Part shown: positions 41,290-56,239 of the stretch, piece after piece
Layout of the letters: the number at the start of each line of letters is the position of its first letter
How positions within the stretch are numbered: position 1 is the first letter of the stretch
Origin: Octopus vulgaris
Lineage: Eukaryota
Reading direction: 5' to 3'
Assembly: GCA_951406725.2 (NCBI GenBank)
Contig: OX597831.1
Coordinates: 49,600,001-49,664,000, forward strand
DNA: 64,000 nt
The notes under the pieces: model-generated
What the model was told of the DNA's origin: nothing
Databases searched by the model: none
The model's input: the letters and a program-made list of their open reading frames with translations, nothing else
Translations under genes and position numbers: made by a program

Positions 41290-42281
41290 GCGTCTCGGGT
41301 ACTGGAAACTAAACACGTCTTTCCCATCATGACAGGTTTTCATAGACCGGATTAGCACGCTAGAAAAGAGGGCTTTGACGGGAGCCATCACCACCAACAA
41401 ATGGAGGTTTGCGCTTGTCATCGAGAAACTGGTCGACAAAGCGCAAACGTGCCCCGTGCCGGGGCAACCATGCCAACCTCCATCTGATGTGCTACATCAG
41501 GAACCTGGCATGGGTGGGCCCCTGATCAATTTGGATGAATCCAAAGCTTTCGATAGGGTAGACCTTCGATACTTGGAGGCTGTCCTCATAGCGGCTGGTT
41601 TCGGTCCCAGTTTTCGCAGCTGGACAGCTGCTTTGTACAGAGGCATCCGTTCGGTAATTCGCGTAAATGGATATCTAACGAGACCCTTCGATATTACACG
41701 TTCGGTCCGTCAGGGATGCCCCCTCTCGTCGCTTCTATACGTATTGACTCTCGAGCCACTACTGCGGGGCATCCCGCGAGAATTGGGATGCGGGACGAGC
41801 GTGTCTGCATATGCGGACGACGTCATCGTTATAGTGTGTAGCTAGAAGCACACCGAGCTGGTCGGCGAGACACTGAAAGACTACTAAGCGGTAACAGGAG
41901 CGAAAATCAACCGGGAAAAGTCAGTGGGCTTGCGGCTCGGCATCTTGAAACGCAAGCCCATGTCGTCCACTAGCGCCTCCGTCGTAGGACGCTGGAGCGA
42001 CGGCCCTTTCGAACTGTTCGGGGCCTGGTTTGGTCCGGACCTCCAAATGGAGATAACAAGCAGGGTGGTCACTCTCGCCCGGCAATGGGCCGAGAGGAAG
42101 CTGTCTCTAAAAGGTCAAGCGGAGGTGGCGAACATGTACATCGCTTCCATCATCTACTACCGCCTGACCGTCGTGCCTTGTCCCGACTCTACCATCACCA
42201 AACTAGAACACATTCTCTTCCGCTTCTTGTGGAAAGGATGCGTTCCAATGGTCAGGCGATCCATTTGCTGCCAACACCCAT
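41290..42281 (+). mobile_element. Internally deleted Tx1-like LINE fragment
   Basis: GYWKLNTS endonuclease-end motif fused directly to RT (DESKAFDRV, VRQGCPLS, YADD); similar to 8150-9075; preceded by (TATC)n. Confidence 0.9.
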
Positions 42282-43234
42282 ATCTCTCTCAACATGAAAT
42301 CAATGGTAGCCTGGTTAACCCACGAATAAAGAATATATTTATCAACAAATGCGGTTTTAAGCACTCATTCTCCCTGTTCGTTATTAACATATATAATTTA
42401 TATGTGTTTGTGTGTGTGTGTGTGGGGGGGTTGTGTCTATGTGTGCGCGTGCAGGTGCGTGGCCCCGTGTGTATACATACACACAAATATATAGTTAAAA
42501 ATGAATATGTAAGAAAGAAACATCCAAAATGTTCAAATTAATCACAGAGCACCGCTCGTCAGCCGTGGTGACTAAAATCTGCATAGTTTCGTTGCGATAA
42601 AAGTCCACTGACTTTAAAATAAATATGAAGATATTCCCTTACGACTACTTTTATAACGCTTTGCCATGTTTCCTTCCTAGTCCTACATGGTTGGTTTGAA
42701 AAAGTAACGCTTCTATATTCATTCGGTTGACGGTGTGAGAATTTCACATTTTTATTTTTAAATTAGCCTGTTTCAAAGGCATATAGTTCATGCTTCCTGC
42801 GATAACTTGCAAAGAGAGTTGGGAATAAATATTTAAACCGATAGAATCCTCAGCACCGATTTAAAATTATGTTACTCTAAAATCTTATAGGTATCGTGGT
42901 ATTGTGATAGATTTCTTTTTCGTATAATGCATCTGTGTTTTCAATTTAGGCTTGTATTTTGCTGGTAGATCGGCTTACATTGTTATTGTTCTCGTTTTAA
43001 TGGACTAGGAAAATTCTATATAAAATTCTAACTAATATCTTTTTTATCTAGTTCTATTTTGTGTTATGAGTTATAGCGTGTTGTGATATCTCCAAATTGT
43101 ACGTACATTGTCAACCGACACGAAAATGTGTGTCCAGTATATCAGCGACGTACGCATGCTGTATTGGCTGAGTGAAATTTATTCTGTTGTTACGAGTTTG
43201 CTGGCTGCAGTTTACTTTAACGATTTTCATATAC

Positions 43235-43431
43235 TTTTTCACTTGTTTCAGTCATTTGACTGCGGCCATGATGGAGCACCGCCTTTAGTCGAGCAAATCG
43301 ACCCCGGGACTTATTCTTTGTAAGCCCAGTACTTATTCTATCGGTCTCTTTTGCCGAACAGATAAGCGACGGGGACGCAAACACACCAGCATCGGTTGTC
43401 AAGCAATGCTAGGGGGACAAACACAGACACA

Positions 43432-43513
<82 letters not shown>

Positions 43514-43600
43514 CACGACAGGCTTCTTTCAGTTTCCGTCTACCAAATCCACTCACAAGGCATTGGTTGGCCCGGGGCTATAGCAGAAGACACTTGCCCA
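43235..43600 (-). mobile_element. SINE family A lacking its head
   Basis: Homology to the 2021 copy. Confidence 0.85.
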
Positions 43601-43828
43601 TATCTTTTCAAAAATTTTAAAACAATGATTTAGTCTCATTGTGTCTGCAAAAGGAGAAAAGAGGAATATGTATGAGAAAGATGGTGCTGAATAAGAACAG
43701 CGAATGTGTTGACACTTCCACTTAAAATGTTGCTTGGAAAACTTGATTTAATTTATTCTTAATCTTCTGACTAAGCAAATATTGCCATTATTTAAAGAAG
43801 CAGATTTGTTTTCTAACTTAGTATAAAA

Positions 43829-44236
43829 CTAGCAGCATAGCCCGGCGTTGTCCGAGTATGTAAGAGCCCTTAGTAGGCAACGACTAATCCCAATCTAGTT
43901 CTTTCCCTCCAGGGAACGAAGGCGCATGTGTAGGTTGCAATGTCTTCTCTTCACTCGAATACTTCTATGTATACGATGTTCCTAGCTGTCTCCAGACAGA
44001 AAATGTGTTGCATATAAAAAGCTTAGATTCTCGACCCCATGTCGAATTTATCGATTTTTTTCAGAACTGGGGGAACTTTTCAAAATGTTCGCTGCTTTAG
44101 TTTTGAATTATGACATTGGGCTATGTGTGTGTCAAGTTTAATCAGAATCGGTTGAAAGCCGTGGTCAGGGTGAGGGTACAACCTGACAGCCACACAGACA
44201 CACAGACAGACAAACTGCCGTTTATATATATGGAGA
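43829..44236 (-). mobile_element. Non-autonomous Helitron
   Basis: Minus strand A|TC...CTCGGACAACGCCGGG (hairpin) CTATGCTG-CTAG|T: 5' TC, 3' CTAG, subterminal hairpin, A/T insertion site. Confidence 0.75.
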
Positions 44237-44239
44237 TGA

Positions 44240-44552
44240 CGCGAACGAAAACGCCTGGCTTATTGGTTAGGCCATCCGGTTCACGTTCATAAGGTCAGAA
44301 GTTCCATTCCAGGCAGCGTGTTGTGTCCTTGAACAAGACATTTTTATTCACGTTGCACCAATCCATTCAGCTGCAAAAATGAGTTTTACCTGCAATTCAA
44401 ATTACTAGCCTTGTCACGTACTATGGCAAGCTGAATTTTTCCAGGAACTATGGTAAAGGTACTCGTGTCAGTGGAGTGTTCAAGCATTTGCACATTAATT
44501 TCATGACCGGGTCAGCTGAAACAAGCTTCGTCGTAGCGGACGGAGTGTCAGT
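44240..44552 (+). mobile_element. Degenerate SINE (B-type core with 47955-type tail)
   Basis: GTGTCCTTGAACAAGACA...CACGTTGC...GGAACTATGGTAAAGGTACTCGTGTCAGTGGAGTG. Confidence 0.7.
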
Positions 44553-45014
44553 TAATAAGACGATATAGGAGAAATAACCACACATATTAGAGCACTGAAT
44601 ATTGTTCCCTTCATTTCGAGTAACGATTTGATCATTCTTCTTGTATCAGTTATGATATTATTCTATTCGTTTTAACTGGATGTATTTCTATAATTAATCC
44701 GACAACTTCATTCTAAAAGCATTAGCCGTTAGTATGAGAAGTACTAACATATTTAAAGTAAAAAGAAACTAATTTTCTTTTTCAATTTATAGATGAAATC
44801 TACAAATTGATATTTTTTTAGCAGTAAGGTAAAAAAAAAAATAAATAAAAAGGTATTGTTCGAAGAGGGAGGAGTAAAATTCAATCATTGTAGTGGATCT
44901 AAGCTTTAAAAGTGGAATAATAGCGCTATAGTTAGGACTACAAAACTAAATGGAATATATTTGTATAAAATATTTTTCTGTACGTTATTTTCTAAATGTA
45001 GACAACATAATAAT

Positions 45015-45448
<434 letters not shown>

Positions 45449-45714
45449 GAAATAATGAAGGTAGAAATTGATATTAACCATCAATTTAAACCAGCGGCTT
45501 AGCATATTTAAAAAATCCGAAGATTAAAAATTATATTACATACAAATTAAGAGGAATGACCACCAAAGTGGAATCCTAATATGCTAAAGATAGGCGTCAA
45601 ATCACCCTTACCACGAAGAGTGTGTTCTTAAGAAAAAATTCAGTAAACACCAGAATGTAAAAATGAGCAAGACAAATGAAAATATACGAAATAAAAAAAA
45701 CTATTACTTACGGA

Positions 45715-45758
<44 letters not shown>

Positions 45759-46162
45759 ATGATGACGACGTATACATTTCTTTATGTATAATACATAAGA
45801 CTTATGCACGCACACATGGGCATTCATTCATATTTATATATATGCATTCATATATATGCACACAGAAGAGAGCAAAAAAATTCTGTTGAATCATAAATTA
45901 TGAGAAAGTAATATTCGCTAATTGAATAGAAACTAAAAAAATAAGGATTAATGTTCGAATAAAAAACACAGGATAAATAAACAGTAAAATTATATATTGA
46001 TAATAGAGTAAATATCATGCAATTATGAAAAATATGCAATATGATATAATCTAATGTATTATGTATAAACCTATAGATATTTGTCTATCTATGTATATAC
46101 ATATATCATATATGTTCATACATGTATGATTACATAAATGTACTTATATCTATAGATATATA

Positions 46163-46228
<66 letters not shown>

Positions 46229-46270
46229 TGTGTATATATATATGTGTGTATATATATATATATGTGTATA

Positions 46271-46314
<44 letters not shown>

Positions 46315-46763
46315 CACACATAGGTAGGTTCACATCGATGAATTTTCACTCACATTTTCATCTAAATAGATTGGAAATACATGCCTTATAATTATATTAT
46401 AAATTATACAGAAAAAGTGCGTATGATAAAAAAAAAGATGAAGTCAATTAATGACATAAAGTCAACCACATTGGAGCTGAGAAAAAAGATCATCTCATGC
46501 ATATGTGATATGCTAGAATATATAAAGCAACATAAATGCAATGCAGGAATGGGAGAAACGATAGAATTATAATAATTCATCTTGATATAAGGACGAAATT
46601 AATAAATGATTCATAGGGTAGTGTTAGATTGAAAGTTATGTTCGCACATATATACATACATACACACGCGCGCACACAGACAGACACACTCACAACATAT
46701 GTACATGCATAAATATATGTGTATGCATGTATATATATATATATATATATATGCATATATATA

Positions 46764-46802
<39 letters not shown>

Positions 46803-47026
46803 AAATATTAGGGAATAAATCCAAACTTACAGGGAAAAATTCAGATTGAGGATTAAATCCAATTTTAAAGTATAAATATATTATATTATATTATATTAAA
46901 TTAGAGATAAAACCACTATTAGGCAAATCAAACAATGAAAAACATAAGCCAATACATAAAATTAATTTAATTTATATTATTTTAAATATATATCAAAAGT
47001 ATTAAAAGTTTAATAAAAGATAAAGA

Positions 47027-47067
<41 letters not shown>

Positions 47068-47071
<4 letters not shown>

Positions 47072-47321
47072 GGGTAAAGACCCCCTTCGGTCATGAGTGA
47101 CCATGGGTTTGCACCTAGAGAGTTACCCTCTGAGGCACAAGTCTGGGCAAGGTTTTTTTTTATGGAAGACCAGTAGTCGCCCATGCATACCGGCCTCCCC
47201 TCTCCACGCCACCAGTGTTATCCAAGGGAAAGACAAAGGTCGATACAACTTGGCACCTGTGACGTCGCAACTCATTTCTACAGCTGAGTGAACTGGAGCA
47301 ACGTGAAAATAAAGTGTCTTG

Positions 47322-47323
<2 letters not shown>
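47068..47323 (-). mobile_element. Headless SINE, B-type core with a third tail type
   Basis: CAGCTGAGTGAACTGGAGCAACGTGAAAATAAAGTGTCTTGCT core joined to an unrelated tail. Confidence 0.7.
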
Positions 47324-47356
<33 letters not shown>

Positions 47357-47359
<3 letters not shown>

Positions 47360-47612
47360 GAGGCGCGTGGCTTAGTGGAAAATGGTTAGTGGTTAGTGTG
47401 TCAGCATCATGATCGTAAGATTGTCGTTTCGATTCTTGGACCGGGCGACGTGTTGCGTTTTTGAGCAAAACACTTCATTTCACGTTGCTCCAGTCCAATC
47501 AGCTGGCAAAAATGAGTAACGCTGCGATGGACTGGCGGCGCGTCCAGCTGGGGAACACATACGACATAGAAAACGGGAGACCGGGTCCATGATCCTGGCT
47601 AGGCTTTAAAAG

Positions 47613-47615
<3 letters not shown>
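47357..47615 (+). mobile_element. SINE family B
   Basis: Homology to 3729. Confidence 0.85.
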
Positions 47616-47660
<45 letters not shown>

Positions 47661-47918
47661 TAGTATATTTGACACCGTTTATTCCTTTGGATTAAATCCA
47701 ATGTTGTCTTCGAAACATATGTCGAAAGTAATAGAATTTCAATAGCATCTGCGTTCAACTCCATTTATTTACTTATACTACACAAATTGCTGCACATTAA
47801 CCCGGAGTTTCTACCTTTGAATAGGTCGCTGCATCCCTGTTACTTGCGTGAATTTTGCTAACTGTTTATAAAATTTTCCATGTTAACGGTAAACAAAGGA
47901 TAATTCATTCATCCATTG

Positions 47919-47949
<31 letters not shown>

Positions 47950-47954
47950 GGGGG

Positions 47955-48331
47955 GAAGCACTCCGTCGGTTACGACGACGAGGGTTCCGGTTGATCCGAT
48001 CAACGGAACAGCCTGCTCGTGAAATTAACGTGTAAGTGGCTGAACACTCCACAGACACGTGTACCCTTAACGTAGTTCTCGGGGATATTCAGCGTGACAC
48101 AGAGAGTGACAAGGCCGGCCCTTTGAAATACAGGTACAACAGAAACAGGAAGTAAGAGTGAGAGAAAGTTGTGGTGAAAGAGTACAGCAGGGATCACCAC
48201 CATCCCTGCCGGAGCTTCGTGGAGCTTTAGGTGTTTTCGCTCAATAAACACTCACAACGCCCGGTCTGGGAATCGAAACCGCGATCTTACGACCGCGAAT
48301 CCGCTGCCCTAACCACTGGGCCATTGCGCCT

Positions 48332-48334
<3 letters not shown>
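47955..48334 (-). mobile_element. SINE, R-type head with long tail
   Basis: Minus strand TGGAGGCGCAATGGCCCAGTGGTTAGGGCAGCGGATTCGCGGTCG...GGTTTCGATTCCC. Confidence 0.85.
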
Positions 48335-48415
<81 letters not shown>

Positions 48416-49393
48416 GTATATGTATATATATATTATGTATGTATATTTCCTCTTATGCTTAGAAACGATACATGTTATAAGAAACTCCGACACGACTCGA
48501 ATATGTCAAACCACTCCAGATCGTAATCATGGCAACCGTGTGAATGAATATATGTCCTGTAGCTTGTACAGCACACAGAGGCGCATAATCTATAAAAGTG
48601 AAGGCAAGCCATGCAACAAAATTATGAACGCATTTAATACGTATGTCTCAGATAATTGTGTTCCATATAGATAAAGAGGGATTTCATTTCTTACGCAAAA
48701 TATTCTACAGTTAATACATATCAGAATATTCCGATAGCGCATCGGACAAATTGTTTAGAAGTCTATTTCCGGATCTTTACGTTCTGAATTGAAATCTCAC
48801 CGAGGTCAAATTCACCTTTCAACCCATTCGTAGATTAATAAGATAAGTACCAGACAAAGACATGTATCGATGCAATCGACTTCTCACTGGCCCAAATTTC
48901 AAGCCTTGTATATATATAAGTTTCAAATTTTTTCACAAGGCCAGCAATTTCAGGGAAGTTCCTAAATCGGTTTTAACGGCCCCAGTCTTCGACTGGTTCT
49001 TATTTTATCAGCTCCGAAGGGATGAAAGTCGAAGTGGACTTCGGTAGAATTTGAACTTGGACCGTAAAAGTTTCCGAACGTTCCAATTCATGACATTACT
49101 AGATGTAAGAGTAAAACGGGATGTCAGAACAAGAGTCAGAACACATTTTCTAGGGAATTTCAATGTGAAGAATCTGTGCTTCCGCTGAGTCGCCGATGTC
49201 CGTATGCCTGCAAGAAACACCTTAACTAAACATGTACATGTACACAACACACACACACACACACGCGCGCACACGCACACATGCACACACTCACACACAC
49301 ATAGTGTGTATATATATATGTATATATATATATATGTGTAAATACACACACACACACATATATATAAGTGCAAATATGTATATATTTATATAA

Positions 49394-49445
<52 letters not shown>

Positions 49446-49650
49446 AAATGTGTGTGTATATATATATATATGCATATATGTGCTTGTAGTGCTTATATGA
49501 ATACAGGTACACACACATACATACATATATACAGGCATAGATATGAATGTGTGTATATATATGCGTAGATTTATATAACTTTATATATATGTGTGTGTGT
49601 GTGTGTATATATACACATATATATGGTTGTATGTGTATGCGTGTATCTAC

Positions 49651-49698
<48 letters not shown>

Positions 49699-49756
49699 GT
49701 CTGTTTGTTTGTCTGTCTTCCTATGTTTGTCTGTCTGTTTGTCTGTCTCTATGTAC

Positions 49757-49970
49757 GTACGATGGTTGAAATGTTCCTGACTTTAAGGGTATAGCGAAAG
49801 ACCTCGCTGGAGACCAAACCTTCTGAGTTCTTTTACGAGGCTTACAAAAACCGAAGGACCGCTACAATAAGTGTGAGAATCTGAGAGGAGAATTTGTTTA
49901 ATGAAATCATTATTAACTGATCCTCTTGCATTTTCTTTTACTCAAAGCCAGGAACTTCTCAGCACCCACA
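49757..49970 (+). mobile_element. Mariner-derived MITE (~215 bp)
   Basis: Paralog of 52640; TIR remnants GTTGAAATGTTCCTGACTTT / AAAGCCAGGAACTTCTCAGC. Confidence 0.65.
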
Positions 49971-50304
49971 CATACATTTACGAAAAAACCAGAAATAACT
50001 AAGAAAATCATTGTTTACCGTTTGCCTAATAAGTATTTATCTTATTTAATGTGCACCAGCTTCTGTACTCTAGTTTTCTTGTGAGGAAATTGATTCCTAC
50101 TGGAAATAAAGAAAAAACCTATTTACCATTTATTTTTAAAGATGTTATCGCAGTGAAAATATATGCTTTGAACAAAATTTTCTACCAACAATATTTATGC
50201 ATGTTTATGTATTATTATATACAATATGTGCTACTACCTCCCTCCATCTTTCTCCCTCACTCCCTTCTTCCCACCACCCCTCCCTCCCTATATACATATA
50301 TATA

Positions 50305-50343
<39 letters not shown>

Positions 50344-50362
50344 GCATACATAAATACATACA

Positions 50363-50428
<66 letters not shown>

Positions 50429-50462
50429 GTACATATGTTCATGTATATATATTTGCAAACAT

Positions 50463-50522
<60 letters not shown>

Positions 50523-51444
50523 AAGTACGTATATGTCTATATATTTATGTATATATATATGTATACTCATATATATATATATATGTATATATACTTATAT
50601 ATATGTATATTTACATATATATTTATATAAATATATATATATATATATTCATCCATACATATATATATGTGTATACACACACAGACACAGATACACACAC
50701 ACACACCCACCCACCCACACACACACATATATATATAAATAAAACAGATGTTTATTTACTTTTTATTTAGTCATCCATCTATAAATATTTCTAATATTTC
50801 TACCTTAATCTTTTATTCAACACGCTTCTCTCTCAGTACATCTGTTTTTTCTCCCAATCTATATTTCTCTCTTTCCTCTCTTTTCTTTCCTCTTTCTTTG
50901 TCTTTTATCTCTCCATCACCCGATATTTTATATGCATGATATGATTTCATATAGAACGAATTGCAGATGAAGCTGTCACTATCATTTTATTGAACCACTC
51001 CTCTACTCTTGTTAAACAGACACTTTTAAGAATACTACGAGTTTCGTGTAGCCTGTTGATGTCTAAACTATTTACAAATGATTCTCAACTATCTAGCAAC
51101 TCTGACACATAACTACGAAGTTTCACAGACACCTAGTTACATAGTTGTGAAAATACAAACTCGAATATATATATATATTTACGTATTCATGAAGTTATTA
51201 GGAATAGTGATACACTGTCCAACAGCTATACCATCTCAGAGTCAAGCGTCCGTAAAGTTGCTGAATTATATAGTATGATAGTCACACACTGTCACAATCA
51301 TGAATTCAAACGATCACTATTGTACAAATACAAAATCTCACAACTAAGTAGTCACAGTCATGAAGTCACACAACTACATTAGAAACATACTCAAATAATA
51401 TACTCACAGTCACAAACTCAGCTGTAGATATATATTCTTTAATT

Positions 51445-51816
51445 CTTTTTATCTTTTATTTGTTTCAGTCATTTGACTGCGGCCATGCTGGAGCACCGCC
51501 TTTAGTCGAGCAAATCGACCCCCAGGACTTTTTCTTTGTAAGCCTAGTACTTATTCTATCGGTCTCTTATCCGAACCGCTAAGTTATGGGGAGGTTAACA
51601 CACCAGCACCGGTTGTCAAGCGATGTTCGAGGGACAAACACAGACACACACTTACACATACACGCACATGTATATATATATATACATAAATATACATATA
51701 TACGACGGGTTTCTTTCAGTTTCCGTCTTCCAAATCCACTCACAAGGCTTTGGTCGGCCCGAGGCTATAGTAGAAGACACTTGCCCAAGATGCCATGTGG
51801 CTGGTAAGCAAGCTAC
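51445..51816 (-). mobile_element. SINE family A
   Basis: Homology to the 2021 copy. Confidence 0.85.
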
Positions 51817-51874
51817 TTTATCTTATCAAATTTGCCATAACGGCCTTACAAAGAGGGGACGACACACAGTCACT

Positions 51875-51969
<95 letters not shown>

Positions 51970-52087
51970 ATAAAACGGTAAGATAACAAAAGAAAGAAAG
52001 AGACCTCAATATTATGTAAATAGAGGAAATTTATCTATACAATATGTTACATTACTCGGTAGTCAAGATAATACCGAGTAATGTAAC

Positions 52088-52122
<35 letters not shown>

Positions 52123-52125
<3 letters not shown>

Positions 52126-52448
52126 TTCAGCAAAATTTAGATTCAGATGAATATGGTACTTAAGTCAGAGGCACCAGAATTTTATATGGTATTATCCATA
52201 TAAATCCATGGGGTGATTATAATCAAAAGAAGCAACAAGTATATCTTAAGTAATTTGGTACAATCGTTTCATGCTACTCCATTGTAAGTATTACATCAGT
52301 TTTAAAATGTTGAGCAATAGAAGACTTCTGTAAATGGCTGAAGATTGCTCAACATTTTAAAACTGATGTAATACTTACAATGTTTAATAAAATGAAGTAG
52401 CATGATACGATTGTACCAAATTACCTAAGATATATTTGTTGCTTATTT

Positions 52449-52451
<3 letters not shown>
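52123..52451. mobile_element. PLE-like fold-back in (TA)n with a split hammerhead motif
   Basis: Inverted arms ~52222-52318 and ~52344-52451; TGG-CTGAAGA-TTGCT...AGCAT-GA(T)ACGATTGTA-CCA at 52335-52418; the left arm retains GAAA. Confidence 0.65.
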
Positions 52452-52484
<33 letters not shown>

Positions 52485-52639
52485 CAGTGTATAGCACCGT
52501 ATAACACACATTCACAGTCAAATATTTAAATACGTACATCGTCACGCAACCATGAAGATAAATACATAGTCACTCAGTGGCACGATTATACAGCCAGAGA
52601 ATCCCAGTGACGTAACTGCACAGGCATACGCAGTCATAT

Positions 52640-52858
52640 AAAGTGGGTGCTGAAAAGTTCCAGGTTTGAAGGGTGTCGTGAAAGGCCTGGTAGGAGACCC
52701 AACCTTCTGGAGTTCTTTTACAGGACATAGAAAAACTGAAGGACCGCTACAGTAAGTGTGTGAATCTGAGAGGGGAATATGTTGAATAAAATCGTAATTA
52801 ACTTATCTTCCAGCACTTTCTTCTACCCAAACCCAAGAACTTTTCAGTATCCCCTCAT
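52640..52858 (+). mobile_element. Mariner-derived MITE
   Basis: TIRs GGGTGCTGAAAAGTTCC / GAACTTTTCAGTATCCC; retains transposase C-terminus KCVNLRGEYVE*. Confidence 0.75.
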
Positions 52859-53744
52859 AGTTACACAGTCACAGTCACATGTCACATATTCTCAAAGTCA
52901 CACAAGTACATAGTCAAACAAACACAAATTCACACGGTCATATAGCTAAATATTCATAACTACACAACAGTATTATAATACACATACATACAGCTACACA
53001 GTAGCTTCAAATGATAGTGACACAACCACATCATCCCAGTCGCATCGACTGATAGATGTATGTATGCTTAGTTAATTGTCAGTTCAAGTTGGTAAATAAT
53101 CTTTAAATGTCAGAGCAGCAGAGGAGCTGACAAATTTCTCCTAAGGTAAATTGCGAAGAATTTGATAGCAGTGTTAATTAATTTCCATATGCTCCAGTCA
53201 ATATGGCATATTAACACTCGGTTTCGCACACATCACTTATTGATATTAACTTTTCATTCATTGTCGGCACGCTGCTGATTTGTGATGATTTGTCGAACAA
53301 CAATGTAGCACGGATCTGGTTATCAGCGGAGGCTATTGAGATAATCATTCAGTTGCTTTCATTTTGCAAGCAGAATCTGACAGTTTTCTTCTGTCATATG
53401 ACTTCGGTGAACTACATTGAAAGGATTGCGGGCAAACATTTTTCTATTCCACCAAGTTTTCATCAAATTAATCTAGTATCGCTTGAGGAGAGAAGTGAGA
53501 ATGAAACTTTAGGAAAAAGGGCTCTTTTCAGGAAATTTACTAAAAGGAAGATTTGTGTGATATATATTTACTAGGTAGATGAGTTTACTCTGAACATCCA
53601 TCTGCAAGCTGTAGTGTTGTCAGAATTTTGATCTTGGGCACTTGCCTTCGGTTGACAAGGAAGTCAAGGAATTGTGTGAAGTTCTCTGATCGACCATGAA
53701 CGACAGTGATGTTATTGGCACATATACACAACGTATAAATTATA

Positions 53745-55036
53745 CGAGGGACGTTCAATAAGTAATGCCTCTGACCCACTTGCAGTTGTTTGATCTAGCT
53801 GGAATTTTGCATGTGTAATTATTTATATCTCTATAGATTAAGTGGCAAATTACAGCTCTGAATTAATTGTGGTGTCTGATTTACAGGTGTTTGAACTGAG
53901 TCAAGTGTGAAATGGAGCCTGTTGAGTGTCGAGCAGTGATCCGGTTTTTGTATTTGAAAGGACGCACACCACGGGACACTTTTGATGAAATGAAAGTAAC
54001 TTATGGTGATGATGCCCCATCATATGGCCTTGTAAAACGATGGCATCGTGAATTCAAACATGGTCGGAATTCTGTGGAAACAGCTCCTAGATCTGGTCGC
54101 CCCCTTCTGCCATTGATGAGGCATCTGTCCGTCAAGTTGAGGCTGCCATTTTGGAAGATCGACGCATAACTATTCGCCTAATAGCCCATGAGGTTAAGAT
54201 TAGTACCGGATCTGTGGAAACTATCATTCATGACCATTTGCATATGCAAAAGGTGTGTGCCAGATGGATTCCCAGGTTGCTCACACCTTTCCAGAAGCAA
54301 GAACGCGTCGAGTGCTCGAGGATGAATTTGGAGATGTGCCAAGAAGATGAGTCAAAATTTTTCAAAAGACTGATTACACAGGATGAAACCTGGGTCCATA
54401 ACTATGATCCAGAGACCAAAGCCCAGTCAATGCAGTGGAAGCACTGTGACTCACCTCCTCCAAAGAAGGCAAGGGTGCAGCCCTTCACTGGCAAGGTCAT
54501 GCTCACAGTCTTCTGAGACCAGGACGGAGTAGTGATGACAGATTTCCTGGCAAAGGATACCACAGTTACAGGAGCCTATTATGCTTCACTTTTGAGGAAA
54601 TTAAGAGAAGCTATCAAAATCAAGAGGCGGGGCAAGATCAGCAAAGGCATCCTCCTCCTGCAAGACAATGCTCCGGTTCACAACTCGCGTGTCGCCAGAT
54701 CAGAAGCACAGGCGTGCGGCTATGAACTTCTCCCCCATCCCCCTACTCTCCTGACCTTTCACCCTCTGATTTTCACCTCTTCCCAGCCATGAAGTTGTTT
54801 TTGAAAGGAAAGCGTTTCCCAGATGATGCAGCCATGATTTCTGAAGTCACGTCGTGGTTGGAGGACCAAGCTGGGGTCTTCTACAAAAGCGGTCTCCAGA
54901 GCTGCATCAAACAATGGGAGAAATGCGTAACTCTGGGTGGTTCCTATGTAAAAAAAAGACTAATAACTGTGCCAAGTTTCGTTGCTCTACTGCTATGGGA
55001 AGTGGGTCAAGGGCATTACTTATTGAACGCCTCTCG
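53745..55036 (+). mobile_element. Full-length mariner transposon (1292 bp), inactive
   Basis: TA|CGAGGGACGTTCAATAAGTAATGCC...GGCATTACTTATTGAACGCCTCTCG|TA TIRs with TA duplication. Confidence 0.95.
53912..54963 (+). pseudogene. Mariner transposase pseudogene
   Basis: RAVIRFL, WIPRLL, ITQDETWVH, LLQDNAPVH and frameshifted HPP-YSPDL motifs; at least 2 frameshifts and a TGA at a conserved W. Confidence 0.93.
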
Positions 55037-55137
55037 TACAAATATTTTTTGCTCTTCCTATGCGTAACTTGTTCTAATATCCTTCAGCCATAGCCATAGT
55101 AGTGATCAAAGAAAACATTATTATTATTATTATTATT

Positions 55138-55691
55138 GAGTGAGAGAGCAGCGCATGCCATCAAAGTGACACTGGGGTAAAATATACGAAACCTAATATA
55201 CCCATCATGACTATCCGGCTGATAAGGGTACACCAGGCACATGCATCACAACCATATGTGTGCAACATGGGGATCTCATATCAAGATAAACAGTACATGA
55301 CCTTGCAGGTGGGGCCCAGTTAGAATTTTCTTCTGGTCGAGTAACCCATCCCGCTCAAAAGGTCCCTGAATAAGGGCTGTTTAATGATGTTGAACGTAAC
55401 ACCTATGTTTCCAGAGGGGAATTATTCAAACTCCAAAAAATCCCTCTCAACACATGGATATGATGCTCCCCCACTACTTCTACTCGTGATCAGAGATGCG
55501 CATATTGTCAGCCACTGAGGGACATGCTCAACTGGTTATGGTCAAACAACTGACAAGCAAATCTGTGGTATTGAGCCGGATATTTGCTGTAGCCCATCTT
55601 TTATACCAAGACAGAACAATGTACATGATAACACTTCCAATCAATAAAGGTCAGAAGCCATGAGAGTCACTGCCTGGTTCTGCATCATGGC

Positions 55692-55692
<1 letters not shown>
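55138..55692 (-). mobile_element. ~555-bp non-coding element inserted in (TAA)n, possible R4/Dong non-autonomous derivative
   Basis: Clean boundaries with (ATT)n on both sides; no TIR and no ORF. Confidence 0.5.
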
Positions 55693-55744
<52 letters not shown>

Positions 55745-55745
<1 letters not shown>

Positions 55746-56142
55746 GGCAGTGAACTGGTAGAATCATTAGCCTACCAGGCAAATTGCTTAGCGGCATTTC
55801 ATTCCTTTTTACGTTCTAAGTTCATTTCATCGACTCCTTCATCCTTTCGGGGTCAATAAAATAAGTACCAGTTGAGCACTAGGGTCAATCTCGTCAACTT
55901 ACTCCTTCGCAGAAACTTACTGGCCTTGTGGCAAAATTTGAAATGAAGGCGACGAGATGGCAGAATCGTTAGCCCGCCGGACAAAACGTATAGCTCAATT
56001 TCGTCCGTCGTAATATCCTGAGTTCAAATTCGGCCAAGCTATACTTTGCCTTTCATCCCTTTGGGGTCCATACAAAAAGTACCAGTCGAGCACCTTCCCA
56101 CCTTCACAAAAAGATGCTGGCCTTGTGCCAAAATTTGAAGCC
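55745..56142 (+). mobile_element. Two tandem SINE family C copies
   Basis: Homology to the 12315 cluster. Confidence 0.8.
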
Positions 56143-56239
56143 GATATTTCTAATTTCGTAATGTTCCTCTCTGTCTATATTCATGGTAAATGAAATCTTC
56201 AAATCTCAGAATTCATATAATATATTCTACACACCATTT

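Noticed and set aside
53912-54963. Active or domesticated (SETMAR-like) transposase
   Set aside because: Frameshifts and an in-frame stop; no SET exon seen
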